64,000 nucleotides of DNA from a virus: positions 19,882-83,881 of the IMG/VR virus record IMGVR_UViG_3300030109_004085, one strand, 5' to 3'. The position numbers and the translations under genes are program-made. The notes below the pieces were generated by a model. The model worked only from the letters and a program-made list of their open reading frames with translations, did not search any database and was not told the origin of the DNA. Positions 35,198 through 45,915 of this stretch are shown here, in pieces; position 1 is the first letter of the stretch; every line of letters starts with the position of its first letter.

Positions 35198-38035
35198 TTA
35201 ATCGTCAAATGACGCTCCTGTTCTTGTGATATTGAAGTCAATCGCAATGAACTCGATTGCCCGCGTTGGCTTCAAGAAAATCTTCGCATATAGAATGTTT
35301 CTATCTACAAGATCAGGGGTTGTGGTTGTATCATCAAGAATAACTCTGTAATCCGAAAGACCAAAGTTTGTCTTTACATCAGCCAAGAAAGGATCAACTC
35401 GCGATGTGAATCTCGTCCAAGTTGTCTGAATATTTGGATCAAAGAGAATGCCACTGGCAATCTGCGAGATACGCTTCTTGACGAAGATCATTAGTCGTCG
35501 TACGTTAATACGATCCAATGCCGAAGGGGTAACCTGCAGTGTCTTCTGACCGAAGATCACAATACCTTCTGCTGGGAACTTAGCAATTGGGTTAATGTTC
35601 GCAGCGTAGAGGTCATCACGATCCTTTCGGCGCAGCTGGTGTGCAACGTCAACAACTGGAATTCCTGCGGAACCTTCTGTGAGTCCACCGCGGTTGAAAC
35701 CAGCTGGTGCGAACCAAACCTGTGTTCTGCGCTGTGAGCTAGAGAATGTGCCGATGGCCGCGACAGATGGTGGAAGCCATATGAACGAACCATTAATGGT
35801 GTCCCTAGCTCTGACCCATGGGTAGTATGCCGCGCCGTAAGAGGAATTTAGGTTCCTGCTCCGAAGCCCATTGATAAGTGTAGTGATTGTGCTAGCAGTG
35901 TTATTTCTGTTGAGTTCCTCGCCGTCTTCTCTAGGAACGAATGCGTCCGGAAGATCAATAACAGCCATGGCGTCACCACGCTCCTCACAAGTTCTGACCA
36001 AGTGCGTTGTGAGACCGTCTTGAGTCTGAGCCGGGATGGCTGCAAGGTTCATCTCAACCACCTCTGGATCCGCGATAGAGTCGATGGCTCTTCTAATTGA
36101 GAAGAAGGCGTAACTATTATCGTCGGTTGGCGCTGAAGGCATTCCCTTAACGCTAGAGAATGGATCCATCTGAAGGATGTCAACACCGTCGAAGCCACCG
36201 AAAAGTGGAACTGTGAAACGATCGTATCCTTGATCTAGGACGCCTGATACAGCGCCACTCTGAGCGGTCAGGGATGTTTCGGTACCGGAGTTACCTGATC
36301 CGGTCACATATGTCCCATCAGATCCAGAAATATCATCCAAGGTAAATGTTGGGGAAAGAGCACCATTAGTTGGAACCGTGAATCCAACAGCGCCACCTCG
36401 TGGTCTGAACAAGTCAATGGTTGACTTACCAAAAACAGTAGAAGTAGCCGCCTCAGACGTTTGGACACCGAAGTATGCATCTGTTGGGTTAGCCAAGTTT
36501 CCGTCCGACGCGTTAACGCGAAGAACTGGTCTTGGGAACTCAACCGAGGCTGTTACCGAGACGCCGGCAGATGCCTGCGCCGAGGATGACACGACAAAGA
36601 TTGAACCTGACGACGCGGCGACGAGGTCGTTCATCGAGCCCGAGCCGATCGATGCGGAGAGCCAGCTAGCCTGTCGTCCAGCAACATGAGATGAAATATC
36701 AATATACTTAACAATTCCCTGGAATCCGAATGGGAGCAAGCTTGGGTTTGTGTTACCGGCGTCGACATCAGAGTTAATACTAACGTAAACGTAGTCAGAA
36801 TTATTAGCGTAATTACCCTGCTGCCTGTATCTTCGTTCATCCTGGCGCCAGTCCAGATAGGAGTCACCAATCTTGCGACCAATGTAGTTAAGGGAGTTTG
36901 GATTTAGGTTACAGTTATTAAACTGCTCAACCACCCTCACTACATTATCACTGTCGCTTAGGTGCCGAATTACAACCGAGAAAGAGCCGTAAGGATCATC
37001 GTCATTTGTGGAGCGCTTAATATCTTGAATGGATACTTTAAGATTTTTGTTTGTCCAATCACCTGCCTTGCCCCTCGCAACAAACTTAAACAGCTTTGTT
37101 GGCTCAGCCGATGGAGAGAGCTTGCAGCTGATGATGAACGGAGTCTCTGCAGCTTGCGCTTCGTATCTAAAGTCGTCGCCCTCTGTGGTGGAGTTGTTGA
37201 TTCTAACAAAAGCTGCCGCGATGGAAGAATCAGTATCTGTCAAAACATTGGTAAGGTGCCGATCAAATGTCTCGCCTAGGAAGTAATTCTTCTCATTGGC
37301 GGCAGTCGTAATCTCGCCATTTAATAGCTGCGGATTTGTGTTGAGAACCTTTCGAATGTACTTCGAATCATTTTGATTGAAGTTAAATGTAATGGTGTCT
37401 AAAATAGTGCCCGTGCTGTTCTTGATAAGTGCCTTGAATTCTTTCGATGAATTGTTGGTAGAAAGTATAACTAGATCAGAGCCTGTGATCGCCATGCCAG
37501 AGTCAACATAGCGGTTCGTCAAGGTGTCTCTATTCTCAAGAATATTACCACTTAGTTCTAAGCTAACGCTATCCTCAGCGTATACAATGGCGCCTAACGC
37601 ACCTGTCAAGCCCATAGCAGCAGACGACCCGGTTTGGAATACTACGAGTCCCCAGGCTCTTCCGTTTGTTCCACCATCCCAGCCGGCTTCGCCACCGCCC
37701 GACGCATTATCAGTCTCTGCTCCAAGCAAGCGAATGTAAGTTAGAGGAGAACTATTACGAAGATAAGCCTGCGCGGCGTACGCACCATAAGTTGTGGCAG
37801 TTGTGTTTGCGCCCTGGCGCCAAACGTCATCGCCAGAGTTTCCTGGGTTTGGGGTGCCGAAAACATTAACGAACTCTTCAAAAGAACTAACAGTTGTTGG
37901 TCTTAGTGACGGCCCTTTTTCGGCTCGTCCGATGATGACTGGTCCTATACCTGCTGGCGAGGCTGGTAGCTGTGAGTTGTCAATTTCATTGACAAAAACG
38001 CCGGGGGATACAAATCGGTAATTTTTAACTGACAT
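35198..38035 (-). CDS. Contractile tail sheath protein (gp18-like)
   Basis: FVSPGVFVNEID, YYPWV, WFAPAGFNRG, GQKTLQ, LDRINVRRL, IEFIAIDF. Confidence 0.95.
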   Translation of the reverse strand: MSVKNYRFVSPGVFVNEIDNSQLPASPAGIGPVIIGRAEKGPSLRPTTVSSFEEFVNVFGTPNPGNSGDDVWRQGANTTATTYGAYAAQAYLRNSSPLTYIRLLGAETDNASGGGEAGWDGGTNGRAWGLVVFQTGSSAAMGLTGALGAIVYAEDSVSLELSGNILENRDTLTNRYVDSGMAITGSDLVILSTNNSSKEFKALIKNSTGTILDTITFNFNQNDSKYIRKVLNTNPQLLNGEITTAANEKNYFLGETFDRHLTNVLTDTDSSIAAAFVRINNSTTEGDDFRYEAQAAETPFIISCKLSPSAEPTKLFKFVARGKAGDWTNKNLKVSIQDIKRSTNDDDPYGSFSVVIRHLSDSDNVVRVVEQFNNCNLNPNSLNYIGRKIGDSYLDWRQDERRYRQQGNYANNSDYVYVSINSDVDAGNTNPSLLPFGFQGIVKYIDISSHVAGRQASWLSASIGSGSMNDLVAASSGSIFVVSSSAQASAGVSVTASVEFPRPVLRVNASDGNLANPTDAYFGVQTSEAATSTVFGKSTIDLFRPRGGAVGFTVPTNGALSPTFTLDDISGSDGTYVTGSGNSGTETSLTAQSGAVSGVLDQGYDRFTVPLFGGFDGVDILQMDPFSSVKGMPSAPTDDNSYAFFSIRRAIDSIADPEVVEMNLAAIPAQTQDGLTTHLVRTCEERGDAMAVIDLPDAFVPREDGEELNRNNTASTITTLINGLRSRNLNSSYGAAYYPWVRARDTINGSFIWLPPSVAAIGTFSSSQRRTQVWFAPAGFNRGGLTEGSAGIPVVDVAHQLRRKDRDDLYAANINPIAKFPAEGIVIFGQKTLQVTPSALDRINVRRLMIFVKKRISQIASGILFDPNIQTTWTRFTSRVDPFLADVKTNFGLSDYRVILDDTTTTPDLVDRNILYAKIFLKPTRAIEFIAIDFNITRTGASFDD

Positions 38036-38071
38036 TCGTTCGGTTCTCCTACATTGCGAAAATGTTCAAAG

Positions 38072-38079
38072 TAAATAGT
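38072..38079 (-). promoter_or_regulatory. Putative late promoter ACTATTTA
   Basis: About 37 nt upstream of the sheath ATG. Confidence 0.65.
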
Positions 38080-38099
38080 GCTAAGTAGTAGGAATAGAA

Positions 38100-39044
38100 T
38101 TATTCTCTGTAAAATCCGTCCTTTATATTCTCAGGAATATCGCCAAGAATTGTTCTCTCTCGTCCAAGCTTTATGCTAACTGCATTTTCGCGCCGCACAA
38201 TCTTTGGTCTTTCTTGGTTTTCTCCCTCACCAATAAGATAACCAAGAGTTTCAATATTAATATTGGTTTCGTAGTTCCTCTGCTCCATTCCAAGATTAGC
38301 TTGATTAGAGTTGTTTGCAAAACTACCATCAATAAATATTTCGTAATAGTGCCCTTCGGCTTCAATGCGTTTTGGTGTTCTTGAGTTACCTGGAATTGTT
38401 ATAAACGGACGAATTAACTCATTCATTTGCTGCTGATACTCTGTTCTGATAGATATCTCATAGGTTACTTTAATCCAAGTAGGGATAGGGATTGTTATTG
38501 TTTCGTAAACAGCTTTCGCCGTAGACATATTTCTTTTATTGGTATTGAGCATCTTACTAGAGACGTTACCGTCGGCGCCGTATTTTCTATTAGCCTGTGC
38601 ATTCTGGAACTCTGCTGTTTTCTTTTGATTAATCTGTCTGGCAATCGTTATAGTGCCGCCCTTTTCATCATTAATAGGATACAAGTTGGCGAATACAGTG
38701 CCACGAAAGTTGTCTTCTTTCGTCACGCTTGAGCGATTAACAGTGATTAAAGGAAGAATCAATGTTTCTTCTTTATCTCTTAAGTCTTTATTATGTTTTA
38801 TCTGAAAGGCACGCTCGGCTGTAACCCAAAGGACTGGGACTTTCTTGAACCCATCATTGGTATTAGTGAAAAGATTAAGCTCTTCATCAATAAAACTAAG
38901 CATAGCTCTATCAATGGTTTCCAAAGAAGATGGCATAAACTCAATTTCTTGAAGTTTTTTTGCTACATCCTTATCCCCCACATAATCAAATCGCTGAGAT
39001 CTCTTATCTTTTATTTGCTTTTCGGATCTTTTGCTGCGTGACAT
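38100..39044 (-). CDS. Tail completion/terminator-like protein (gp15-like)
   Basis: Position between neck and sheath; VPVLW..ER, LPLI, P...V.YEI...QQMNELI. Confidence 0.6.
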   Translation of the reverse strand: MSRSKRSEKQIKDKRSQRFDYVGDKDVAKKLQEIEFMPSSLETIDRAMLSFIDEELNLFTNTNDGFKKVPVLWVTAERAFQIKHNKDLRDKEETLILPLITVNRSSVTKEDNFRGTVFANLYPINDEKGGTITIARQINQKKTAEFQNAQANRKYGADGNVSSKMLNTNKRNMSTAKAVYETITIPIPTWIKVTYEISIRTEYQQQMNELIRPFITIPGNSRTPKRIEAEGHYYEIFIDGSFANNSNQANLGMEQRNYETNINIETLGYLIGEGENQERPKIVRRENAVSIKLGRERTILGDIPENIKDGFYRE

Positions 39045-39048
39045 TAAA

Positions 39049-40317
39049 CTATCCTACGAATATGCCGGTTGGAATGTTCTCTAGAACCTTCTTAGCGGAG
39101 TCTTGCAGTGATGAATCAACGGTGGCCAGCTTGTCATAGGTAGTATCATCAAGAATAGTTTTAAGTTCCTCTCTCAACTGATCCATTTCAGTTCTGGCTT
39201 GTGATAGTAATTCAGACGCATTTAATGTCACTGATTCACCTGGAATAGGAACAGTGGAAAATTTACCTCTTACCTGTCCGAGTATCTCTTTTGTTAAGGC
39301 CAAGGCAAACCTGCGGATCCATTGTTTACCGATCGCATTAATGTTCTCAAACGGAATATTCTCAAATGGCAGTGTGTTTATGTTGTTAATGCCCTCAGCG
39401 CCCGTGTCACCTCGACCGGTGTCTTCCCAAGGCTCATACTGTCTTTCAATACTGAACTGAACCCAAAACTTTTGTGGCGATGTGTTATCGGGCGTGGGGA
39501 ATATTCTTAGATTATTGTCGTGTATTTCATAAGAGTAGTGCGAGACTCTAACATTCAGAGCATCTTCGTAGGCGATTGCCTGAAGCTTGTTTTGCCAAGT
39601 TGGTACGATCTCAAAGGTTGAATCATCTGCGTACTGTCCGTATGTACGAAGGTTGCCCACAACAGAAAAGCCACCATAGTAGCCGTAGAACCGCCACATT
39701 GCTCGTGGCGTCTTGAAAAACACTTTTCTAATAATAACTCTTTTATCGCCAACTTGCCCGTAGTAAGCAGCAGTTGTATCAGTTGCAGCCGAAGATGAAA
39801 TTAAAGTCTGCAAATCATAATCTTGCTGATCGGTGACTTTGTCAACCGAAGCAGAGTAAATTGGTGTTGTACCGCCGAAACCAGCTTCTGTTGCCAGCCC
39901 TTCCGAAACTCTTCGAACATAGCCATAATCAAACTTTGGATATCGCAAAGCAATATTAGACCCTGAGAGAGAGCTTCCAGATACTATCTGCCCATCTTGA
40001 TCAAAGGAGCCCGTCGTCGCGCCCAAGAGAGATGAAAGAGAATTCTTTGTTTGATATAGATTTACAAGATACGAGTATTCTAGAACAGCCTCCTCATAGG
40101 CTGAATATACTGAGCCCTCTGCCAACTCAATGTCCAGTACATCGCCGCCCAACTTCTTATAGGTATACGCAACCTGATCGGCGGCTCCCGATAGGAAGGC
40201 AGTTGAATTAGCGTAAATAGCAAAAGGTAGTGTAGCTGCCACATTTGCAGCTGCCCCTGTAACGGGAAGAATATTAGCGTTTGAAGTGGAGGCTGGGTTT
40301 AAATTTGGAATTGACAT
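39049..40317 (-). CDS. Neck protein (gp13-like head-tail adaptor)
   Basis: KLGGDVLDIEL, WIRRFALALTKEILGQVRGKF, VTLNASELL. Confidence 0.75.
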   Translation of the reverse strand: MSIPNLNPASTSNANILPVTGAAANVAATLPFAIYANSTAFLSGAADQVAYTYKKLGGDVLDIELAEGSVYSAYEEAVLEYSYLVNLYQTKNSLSSLLGATTGSFDQDGQIVSGSSLSGSNIALRYPKFDYGYVRRVSEGLATEAGFGGTTPIYSASVDKVTDQQDYDLQTLISSSAATDTTAAYYGQVGDKRVIIRKVFFKTPRAMWRFYGYYGGFSVVGNLRTYGQYADDSTFEIVPTWQNKLQAIAYEDALNVRVSHYSYEIHDNNLRIFPTPDNTSPQKFWVQFSIERQYEPWEDTGRGDTGAEGINNINTLPFENIPFENINAIGKQWIRRFALALTKEILGQVRGKFSTVPIPGESVTLNASELLSQARTEMDQLREELKTILDDTTYDKLATVDSSLQDSAKKVLENIPTGIFVG

Positions 40318-40344
40318 TAAGGTCCCTCAGATTTTATCTATTAA

Positions 40345-40382
40345 TAAATAGAAAGCCCCGCCTCAAAAGAGACGGGGCTTTC
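40345..40382 (-). terminator. Capsid gene terminator followed by late motif variant TCTATTTA
   Basis: GAAAGCCCCG...CGGGGCTTTC inverted repeat, then TATTTATT. Confidence 0.75.
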
Positions 40383-40409
40383 ATTATTTTGACCTCAAGT
40401 CAGGCTAAA

Positions 40410-42146
40410 TTAGCCTTCGAGACCTCGGCAGATGACCAAGCCGTACATATCTGGACGGACCATCTTCTTGGCGTAACGGGTCATAACACCCTTGCGAGGT
40501 ACGAAGTCCTCTACACCGAAGATAGTAGGTGTGGTCTGTAGTGGCACATAAGGTGCGTATACATAACCGCTCTCAAGGAAACTACTTCCGCGTCGACCCA
40601 CAAGGATCAAGTTACGTGGGAAGTATGGATCGACCATAACGTCGAACTTCTTGGAGAGAGCGCCAACCTTAACGGCACCAATATCACCACGATCAGCATC
40701 AGCAGTCACGTTAGCACGGAAACCAGCTGTGAACTCAAGGATGTTAGCAATCTCTGGGGATGTAACCACAAAGTTTGCAGCACCACGGAGTGTCTTTCTG
40801 TGGATCTGTGCGGAGACGTCGTTGATTGTCTCAACAAGTGTCTCGTACCACTCACTGACGTTACCGGTGAAGTCCTGCGTAACGCTAGAAACAGCACCTG
40901 TCTCGCGATCGAGGAACTGACCTGGGTGACGCGACCAGTAGCGAGTGCCACCGGTGGACAACTTGATAAGGTCCTCAAGGATCTCACGATCGATCTCAAG
41001 GGCGATCTGCTCAGAAAGAATCTGAGTAAGCTCGACCTCGGCATCAAGGTTGTGGTAAGCGTTGAGATCCTGTCCCAACTCTGGAGTCCACTTAGCCTTG
41101 AGCTTCTTAGTGACAGCTGTGACGGCCACTGAGTCGACCTTGATGTCGATCTCTGGAATTGCTTCCTGGTTCTCTAGACCCCACTCAGATGCACCTTCGA
41201 CTGAACCAAGGGCACCACCAACAACAAAGTTATCAGCCAATGGAGCAGCGATGTGCTCGTGACCACCAACGATCGTTGAAAGCGCGGCAAGGTGAGCAGC
41301 AGTTGTTGAAGCAGTCGTAGAAGCGACTGTGACAAGAATCTTGCCCTCATCGACAAACGACTCTCTCTGGAGACGTCGAACCTGAATTGTGTTGACACCA
41401 AGCGACTGTGAAAGTGTAAGTGCAACAAGGTCTTCCAAGTTTACATCTGCAGCAACCAAAGTGGATCTTGGCATTGTAGCAACTACGAACTGTGAACCAG
41501 AAATTAGATCTGGGTCGAAGCGTAGAAGACGATCAGTCTCATAGCCAGCTGTTGGCGTGTTACCAGCGTAAATAGTAAAATCTGGAACACCACCAGCACC
41601 AACGTTACCCGAAGCGACTACAGTAAAGGCCATACCAATTGAACCGGTTGGCGAAGAGTAGCCGTTGTTAAGGGCGTATGGTCCAGTCTCAGCGTTGGCG
41701 TTCGTTAGAAGAACACCACCGGTGATCTGGGCACCAACTCGACCACCACCATAGAGGGACGTGTCAACGGCGTTGGCAAGGCGGTCGCCTGTCGTGTCGC
41801 TGAGTGTTCCACCAAAGGTGAAGTCAAGGAAGAAAATGAGACCCGATGGGAGACTCATTGGCTGAACGCTAACGAGATCGTTGGCGATCAAATTGCCGAA
41901 TACTCGGCGTACTAGTGGGAATGCAACAGCTGCAAAACCCTCTACATCTCCAGCAGCCATGGCGCTGGACTCACGGAGAAGCTCTTTTGCTTGGTTTTCA
42001 AGCAAACGGGCCATACCGTTTCTCTGGGTATCATCGGAAATGCCCTCTAGAAGACCAGTCTGCTCCCACTTAGAAATAAGTGCGGCACCCTCGGTCGAGA
42101 GGTCACGATTGACAATACCTTCAGTCAATCTTTCTACAATAGACAT
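40410..42146 (-). CDS. Major capsid protein (T4 gp23-like)
   Basis: VSVQPMSLPSGLIFFLDF, KLKAKWTPELGQDL, EIDREIL, YAPYVPL, GVMTRY; AGGAGG SD. Confidence 0.95.
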   Translation of the reverse strand: MSIVERLTEGIVNRDLSTEGAALISKWEQTGLLEGISDDTQRNGMARLLENQAKELLRESSAMAAGDVEGFAAVAFPLVRRVFGNLIANDLVSVQPMSLPSGLIFFLDFTFGGTLSDTTGDRLANAVDTSLYGGGRVGAQITGGVLLTNANAETGPYALNNGYSSPTGSIGMAFTVVASGNVGAGGVPDFTIYAGNTPTAGYETDRLLRFDPDLISGSQFVVATMPRSTLVAADVNLEDLVALTLSQSLGVNTIQVRRLQRESFVDEGKILVTVASTTASTTAAHLAALSTIVGGHEHIAAPLADNFVVGGALGSVEGASEWGLENQEAIPEIDIKVDSVAVTAVTKKLKAKWTPELGQDLNAYHNLDAEVELTQILSEQIALEIDREILEDLIKLSTGGTRYWSRHPGQFLDRETGAVSSVTQDFTGNVSEWYETLVETINDVSAQIHRKTLRGAANFVVTSPEIANILEFTAGFRANVTADADRGDIGAVKVGALSKKFDVMVDPYFPRNLILVGRRGSSFLESGYVYAPYVPLQTTPTIFGVEDFVPRKGVMTRYAKKMVRPDMYGLVICRGLEG

Positions 42147-42172
42147 TTTTATATCCTCCTGAATGTTATTGT

Positions 42173-43231
42173 TTATTTATTCAAACCTGCTAAACGCAGC
42201 ATACGACCCATAGATGGGTCCTTAGTTGCCTTGTTGTTTCTCTTAGAATTGATCAAAAGCGATGTAGGTCTTTGAACTGCTTCACGAAGTGTTTGTGGGC
42301 GTGTTCGGGGATCAGCCGATGCCCCCACTGCGTTTTGAATTGTTTCAAAAATCATACTTGCTTCTTCAACAGAATTGGCAGATTGAACAGCTTCGACAAT
42401 TTGTGTTTTTTGTCGCTCATTCAGGGAGGCGCTGCCCAAAGCCTTGTTTTGATAAACAAGCTTGGCGTTATCAAGATTCAGCTTTGTAAGCTGATCCTTT
42501 GCTTCAACAATGAGAGCACGAAGCTCTCTGTTAGATTCTGTAAGTTCGGAGATCTTTGTTTCGTGAAGTTCAACTGGCACAACGTCTGGTGCGGTATCTT
42601 CTTCAATCTCCTCTTCCTCTTCTTCCTCAAGGTGTGCTTCCTTAGCGGCTGCAATGGCATCATTGTTTGCCTGCAGCACGCTATTTTCAGCACCACCGAG
42701 CGAAGAGAAACCTGCTGGAGATGTGTCCATATCCAGGGTTAGTTCTTCTACTAATTCTTTAATAAAGTCTTCGGACAAGTTAAGGTCCTCGTCTTCTTCT
42801 AGTGGCTCGACGGGGGTGGCGCCTAGCTCGGCGGCATCCTCTTCGGCATCGCGGTCTGCCATTTTATCTAGCGGATCGCCTTCTGCTATTTCGTCAGCCA
42901 TTTCTAAAGCGTCGTTGAGGGTATCTTCCTCTACAACTTCATCTTCCTCTTCTAGGCGTGTCTTCAACGCATCAAAGTCGATTTCAACGATTTCGTCTTC
43001 TGGGGCTTCGTCTAGCTCTTCGTTCTGAAAAGCATAGGGAACATCCTCCGTGAACTGTGTTTGAGTCTCATCCACTTCACCCTCTTCTAAATCTTCCTGT
43101 TCTAGTAAAGTATCTAATGCTTTCTTAACTTCGCCAGAATACTTTTCCAATACAACATTCTCAGCATTCTTCAATGCTGCTTCCTTAAGGGCTTTGGCGT
43201 CTACGATCGCCTCTTCTAATAGTGAAGACAT
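42173..43231 (-). CDS. Prohead core/scaffolding protein
   Basis: Acidic coiled coil directly upstream of the capsid gene; NAKLVYQNK; C-terminal RMLRLAGL. Confidence 0.75.
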   Translation of the reverse strand: MSSLLEEAIVDAKALKEAALKNAENVVLEKYSGEVKKALDTLLEQEDLEEGEVDETQTQFTEDVPYAFQNEELDEAPEDEIVEIDFDALKTRLEEEDEVVEEDTLNDALEMADEIAEGDPLDKMADRDAEEDAAELGATPVEPLEEDEDLNLSEDFIKELVEELTLDMDTSPAGFSSLGGAENSVLQANNDAIAAAKEAHLEEEEEEEIEEDTAPDVVPVELHETKISELTESNRELRALIVEAKDQLTKLNLDNAKLVYQNKALGSASLNERQKTQIVEAVQSANSVEEASMIFETIQNAVGASADPRTRPQTLREAVQRPTSLLINSKRNNKATKDPSMGRMLRLAGLNK

Positions 43232-43266
43232 AAAAATTAACTCCAAACACGATAACTCGTCAAAAA

Positions 43267-43274
43267 TAAATAGT
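43267..43274 (-). promoter_or_regulatory. Putative late promoter ACTATTTA
   Basis: About 36 nt upstream of the scaffold ATG. Confidence 0.65.
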
Positions 43275-43358
43275 GTTTTATTTCTCTAAATGACGAAAAC
43301 AGTTTTATTTAAGAAGCGTAAAGTTAGTGCGGTCGACTGTATAACAACAAAAGTTCGA

Positions 43359-44108
43359 TTATGGGGTAGCTGTATACTCGGAGCCGTTAAGTATGACTTT
43401 ATAAAGTCTGTAAGTTTCCTCTGATGCGGAACCAGCAAAGAATGATATTCCGATCGACACAGCGCCTCCTCCCGCATCCCACTGTTTGTCGGTGTCGGAC
43501 CAACTTGGAGTTGCCGCCGTACCGCCTTCGCGGAACGAAACTGTCTGGCTGACGCGCTTTAGACCGACCCACCTTGCTGTAGTTCTAGACACATTCTGAG
43601 TTCCGTTGTGTGTAAGTCCACCGGATGCCCAGGCGCCTATCCCATAGTATTTAGCGTTGGCTGCGTTCCATCTTCCATATCTATGTCCCAGCCAGTGAGC
43701 TTCACCCGTCGCATTGCCGCCGCCAGCCATCAAAGCTATCTCTGTGTTTACATTCTCGGCACTTGCACCTTGGTCAACATATATGGATAGATCAAAATCA
43801 CCCATAAGAAGGTTAGGGTATATAATACGTCCATTGGTTAAGATGCCATTGCCATTAGAAGGTGTTGAGGTGCCTCCGTCTCCCTGATCGAATTTGACAT
43901 TAAATGTAGTGCCATCATCCACCATAGCATTAAAAACTCCATTTGGATCTTTAACAGTCCATCCACTTAGCATCCCGGCGTCTAGCGTAGCTCCATCTGC
44001 GATACTCGACGGGGTTCCAGCTGCAGGAACCTTGGTCTGAGCAACAGCTGTGACATTACTGCCGCCGGACTGTAATAACCAAATACCATTCTCTAATACT
44101 AATGCCAT
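43359..44108 (-). CDS. Putative virion appendage / lectin-like beta protein
   Basis: Gly/Trp-rich beta composition; follows the fibre-like genes. Confidence 0.5.
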   Translation of the reverse strand: MALVLENGIWLLQSGGSNVTAVAQTKVPAAGTPSSIADGATLDAGMLSGWTVKDPNGVFNAMVDDGTTFNVKFDQGDGGTSTPSNGNGILTNGRIIYPNLLMGDFDLSIYVDQGASAENVNTEIALMAGGGNATGEAHWLGHRYGRWNAANAKYYGIGAWASGGLTHNGTQNVSRTTARWVGLKRVSQTVSFREGGTAATPSWSDTDKQWDAGGGAVSIGISFFAGSASEETYRLYKVILNGSEYTATP

Positions 44109-44120
44109 CTTATAATACCT

Positions 44121-45809
44121 TTATGTTGTTGAAACAATTCCCCAGCCAAAGCCGCCCTTTGATGAGGAGAATGCTGTTACAGTTAGTGCTCCATAATCAG
44201 TTTGTATCTTGGCCTGTGCGGCGCCATCAATCTTTTGCGAGCCCGAAGGTGATACAACCACATTGTTGGTTGATCCAGAGCCGGCAATGTCTTTAAAAGT
44301 GTAAGTCAAGCCTATGTCAGCATGTGACGCAACCCCAGGAAGAGACCCAGTAATCACAGATCCTGTAGAGTTAACAATATATGTTCGGAAATCACCAGCA
44401 GAAGCACTGAAGTTCATGGTTTGTTCAGCAGAAACACCAAAAGTGACCTTACCTTTGGCAATTAAGCCATTGGAGCCAGATATGTTGCCTCCTTTTGACA
44501 ATGATATAACGGAATTAGTGCCAGCTTGGTCATCAAAAATAGTGATTGGGGCACCGAAGGATTTCACACCTTCAGACGGATTGGCGACAAACTCAACACC
44601 AGATGAAGCAGACAACGTAATACTACCGGCGTCGTGACCCATGACGAAAAAGTCATCACCACCATCTTGCAAAGTTCCTATCGTTCGGACTGTTCCAGAG
44701 CCAACAAATATATCTTCACCGTTAGCAGCCGACGCGGATACCCTCATACCAACTGATGCTGTTAATGATCCAGAAACAAAGACTACATCGCTAGAGGCAG
44801 CACCTAAAATAAGCTCATCAAGTCCATTCTCATCAAGAATGATAAAAGATTTACCACCAGCTTCAATCGATATCGAATCGGAGCCTCTACCAGCCGCGCC
44901 AAACCTGATTCTTGTGTCGGGATCTCCGTTAGAGGCTACATATCCCACGCCTGTACCGGGGCCAACTTTTACTTGACCCTCAATAATCGCATCACTTGTA
45001 AGATTAAGAGTGGTTGAATATAAATTAGAAGCAGAAAGGTTAGAGGATGCTGAAACTTGCGTTGCAGCATTTAATATAATATTAGCTCCATTAATATCTA
45101 AGTTGGTACCGTTATTGGCAATCTTAAAGGTTTCTGTATTGCCATCGAAGAAAATAGATTTTCCAGGTTTTAAGTAGAAGTTTGAGCCTGAGATATTTCC
45201 AGAGCCTGAAATATCGCCAGAGTTGGCTAGCGATATGGCGGTTGTAGTGCCAGCCTGTGTAGTATAAACTTTGATATCAGACCCGAAGGAGCCAACACCT
45301 TCAGACCCACCAATAAGCTCAATACCGGATGAGGCTGATAATGTGACAGCGCCACCGTCGTGACCCATCACAAAGAAGTCGTCGCTGCCATCAATCAAAG
45401 TTCCTATGGTTCGGGCTGTTCCCGAGCCAACAAAAATATCTTGTCCGTCAGCTGCAGAGGCTGAAAGGAATGTGGTGCCTGACATAAAAAGATTTGTGGT
45501 GTCAGAGCTAACCTTGAGGTTGGCAGAGCCCGAGATCTCTCCTGTTATAGGGGAGTCTCTCCTAAATTGAATAGAATACTCAGGACCATCTGCTACGTTA
45601 ACAGCAGACGCCGTGAGTCCTGTTAAATTTGAACCGTCACCATAAAAAGCAGAAGCTGATATATTCACGGATGCCGATAGGGACCCAGAGCCATCCGTGA
45701 TTAGTAAGGCAGAGCCACTAAATGAACCGTTATTATTGAATTGTACTTCTTTATCGTTGCCGCCCGGTGACGTTGTGCCCCCACCCGGTCCGTATACCCA
45801 TCCTGACAT
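44121..45809 (-). CDS. Fibre-like virion protein with internal repeat
   Basis: VQFNNNGSFSG, FYGDGSNLT, duplicated DIFVGSGT.RTIGTL.DG.DDFFVMGHD. Confidence 0.7.
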   Translation of the reverse strand: MSGWVYGPGGGTTSPGGNDKEVQFNNNGSFSGSALLITDGSGSLSASVNISASAFYGDGSNLTGLTASAVNVADGPEYSIQFRRDSPITGEISGSANLKVSSDTTNLFMSGTTFLSASAADGQDIFVGSGTARTIGTLIDGSDDFFVMGHDGGAVTLSASSGIELIGGSEGVGSFGSDIKVYTTQAGTTTAISLANSGDISGSGNISGSNFYLKPGKSIFFDGNTETFKIANNGTNLDINGANIILNAATQVSASSNLSASNLYSTTLNLTSDAIIEGQVKVGPGTGVGYVASNGDPDTRIRFGAAGRGSDSISIEAGGKSFIILDENGLDELILGAASSDVVFVSGSLTASVGMRVSASAANGEDIFVGSGTVRTIGTLQDGGDDFFVMGHDAGSITLSASSGVEFVANPSEGVKSFGAPITIFDDQAGTNSVISLSKGGNISGSNGLIAKGKVTFGVSAEQTMNFSASAGDFRTYIVNSTGSVITGSLPGVASHADIGLTYTFKDIAGSGSTNNVVVSPSGSQKIDGAAQAKIQTDYGALTVTAFSSSKGGFGWGIVSTT

Positions 45810-45831
45810 ATTAAAACTTCTCCTGCTTCCT

Positions 45832-45883
45832 TAAATAGTTGTCCAAAACTAAAAAGGGAGCCCCCCTTTCGGAGGACCCCCAA
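45832..45883 (-). terminator. GAAA-loop terminator followed by late promoter (45832-45839)
   Basis: GGGGGTCCTCC-GAAA-GGGGGGCTCCC-TTTTT ... ACTATTTA. Confidence 0.7.
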
Positions 45884-45915
45884 TTTATTAGCAGGATTAA
45901 CCAGCTAGTTCTAGA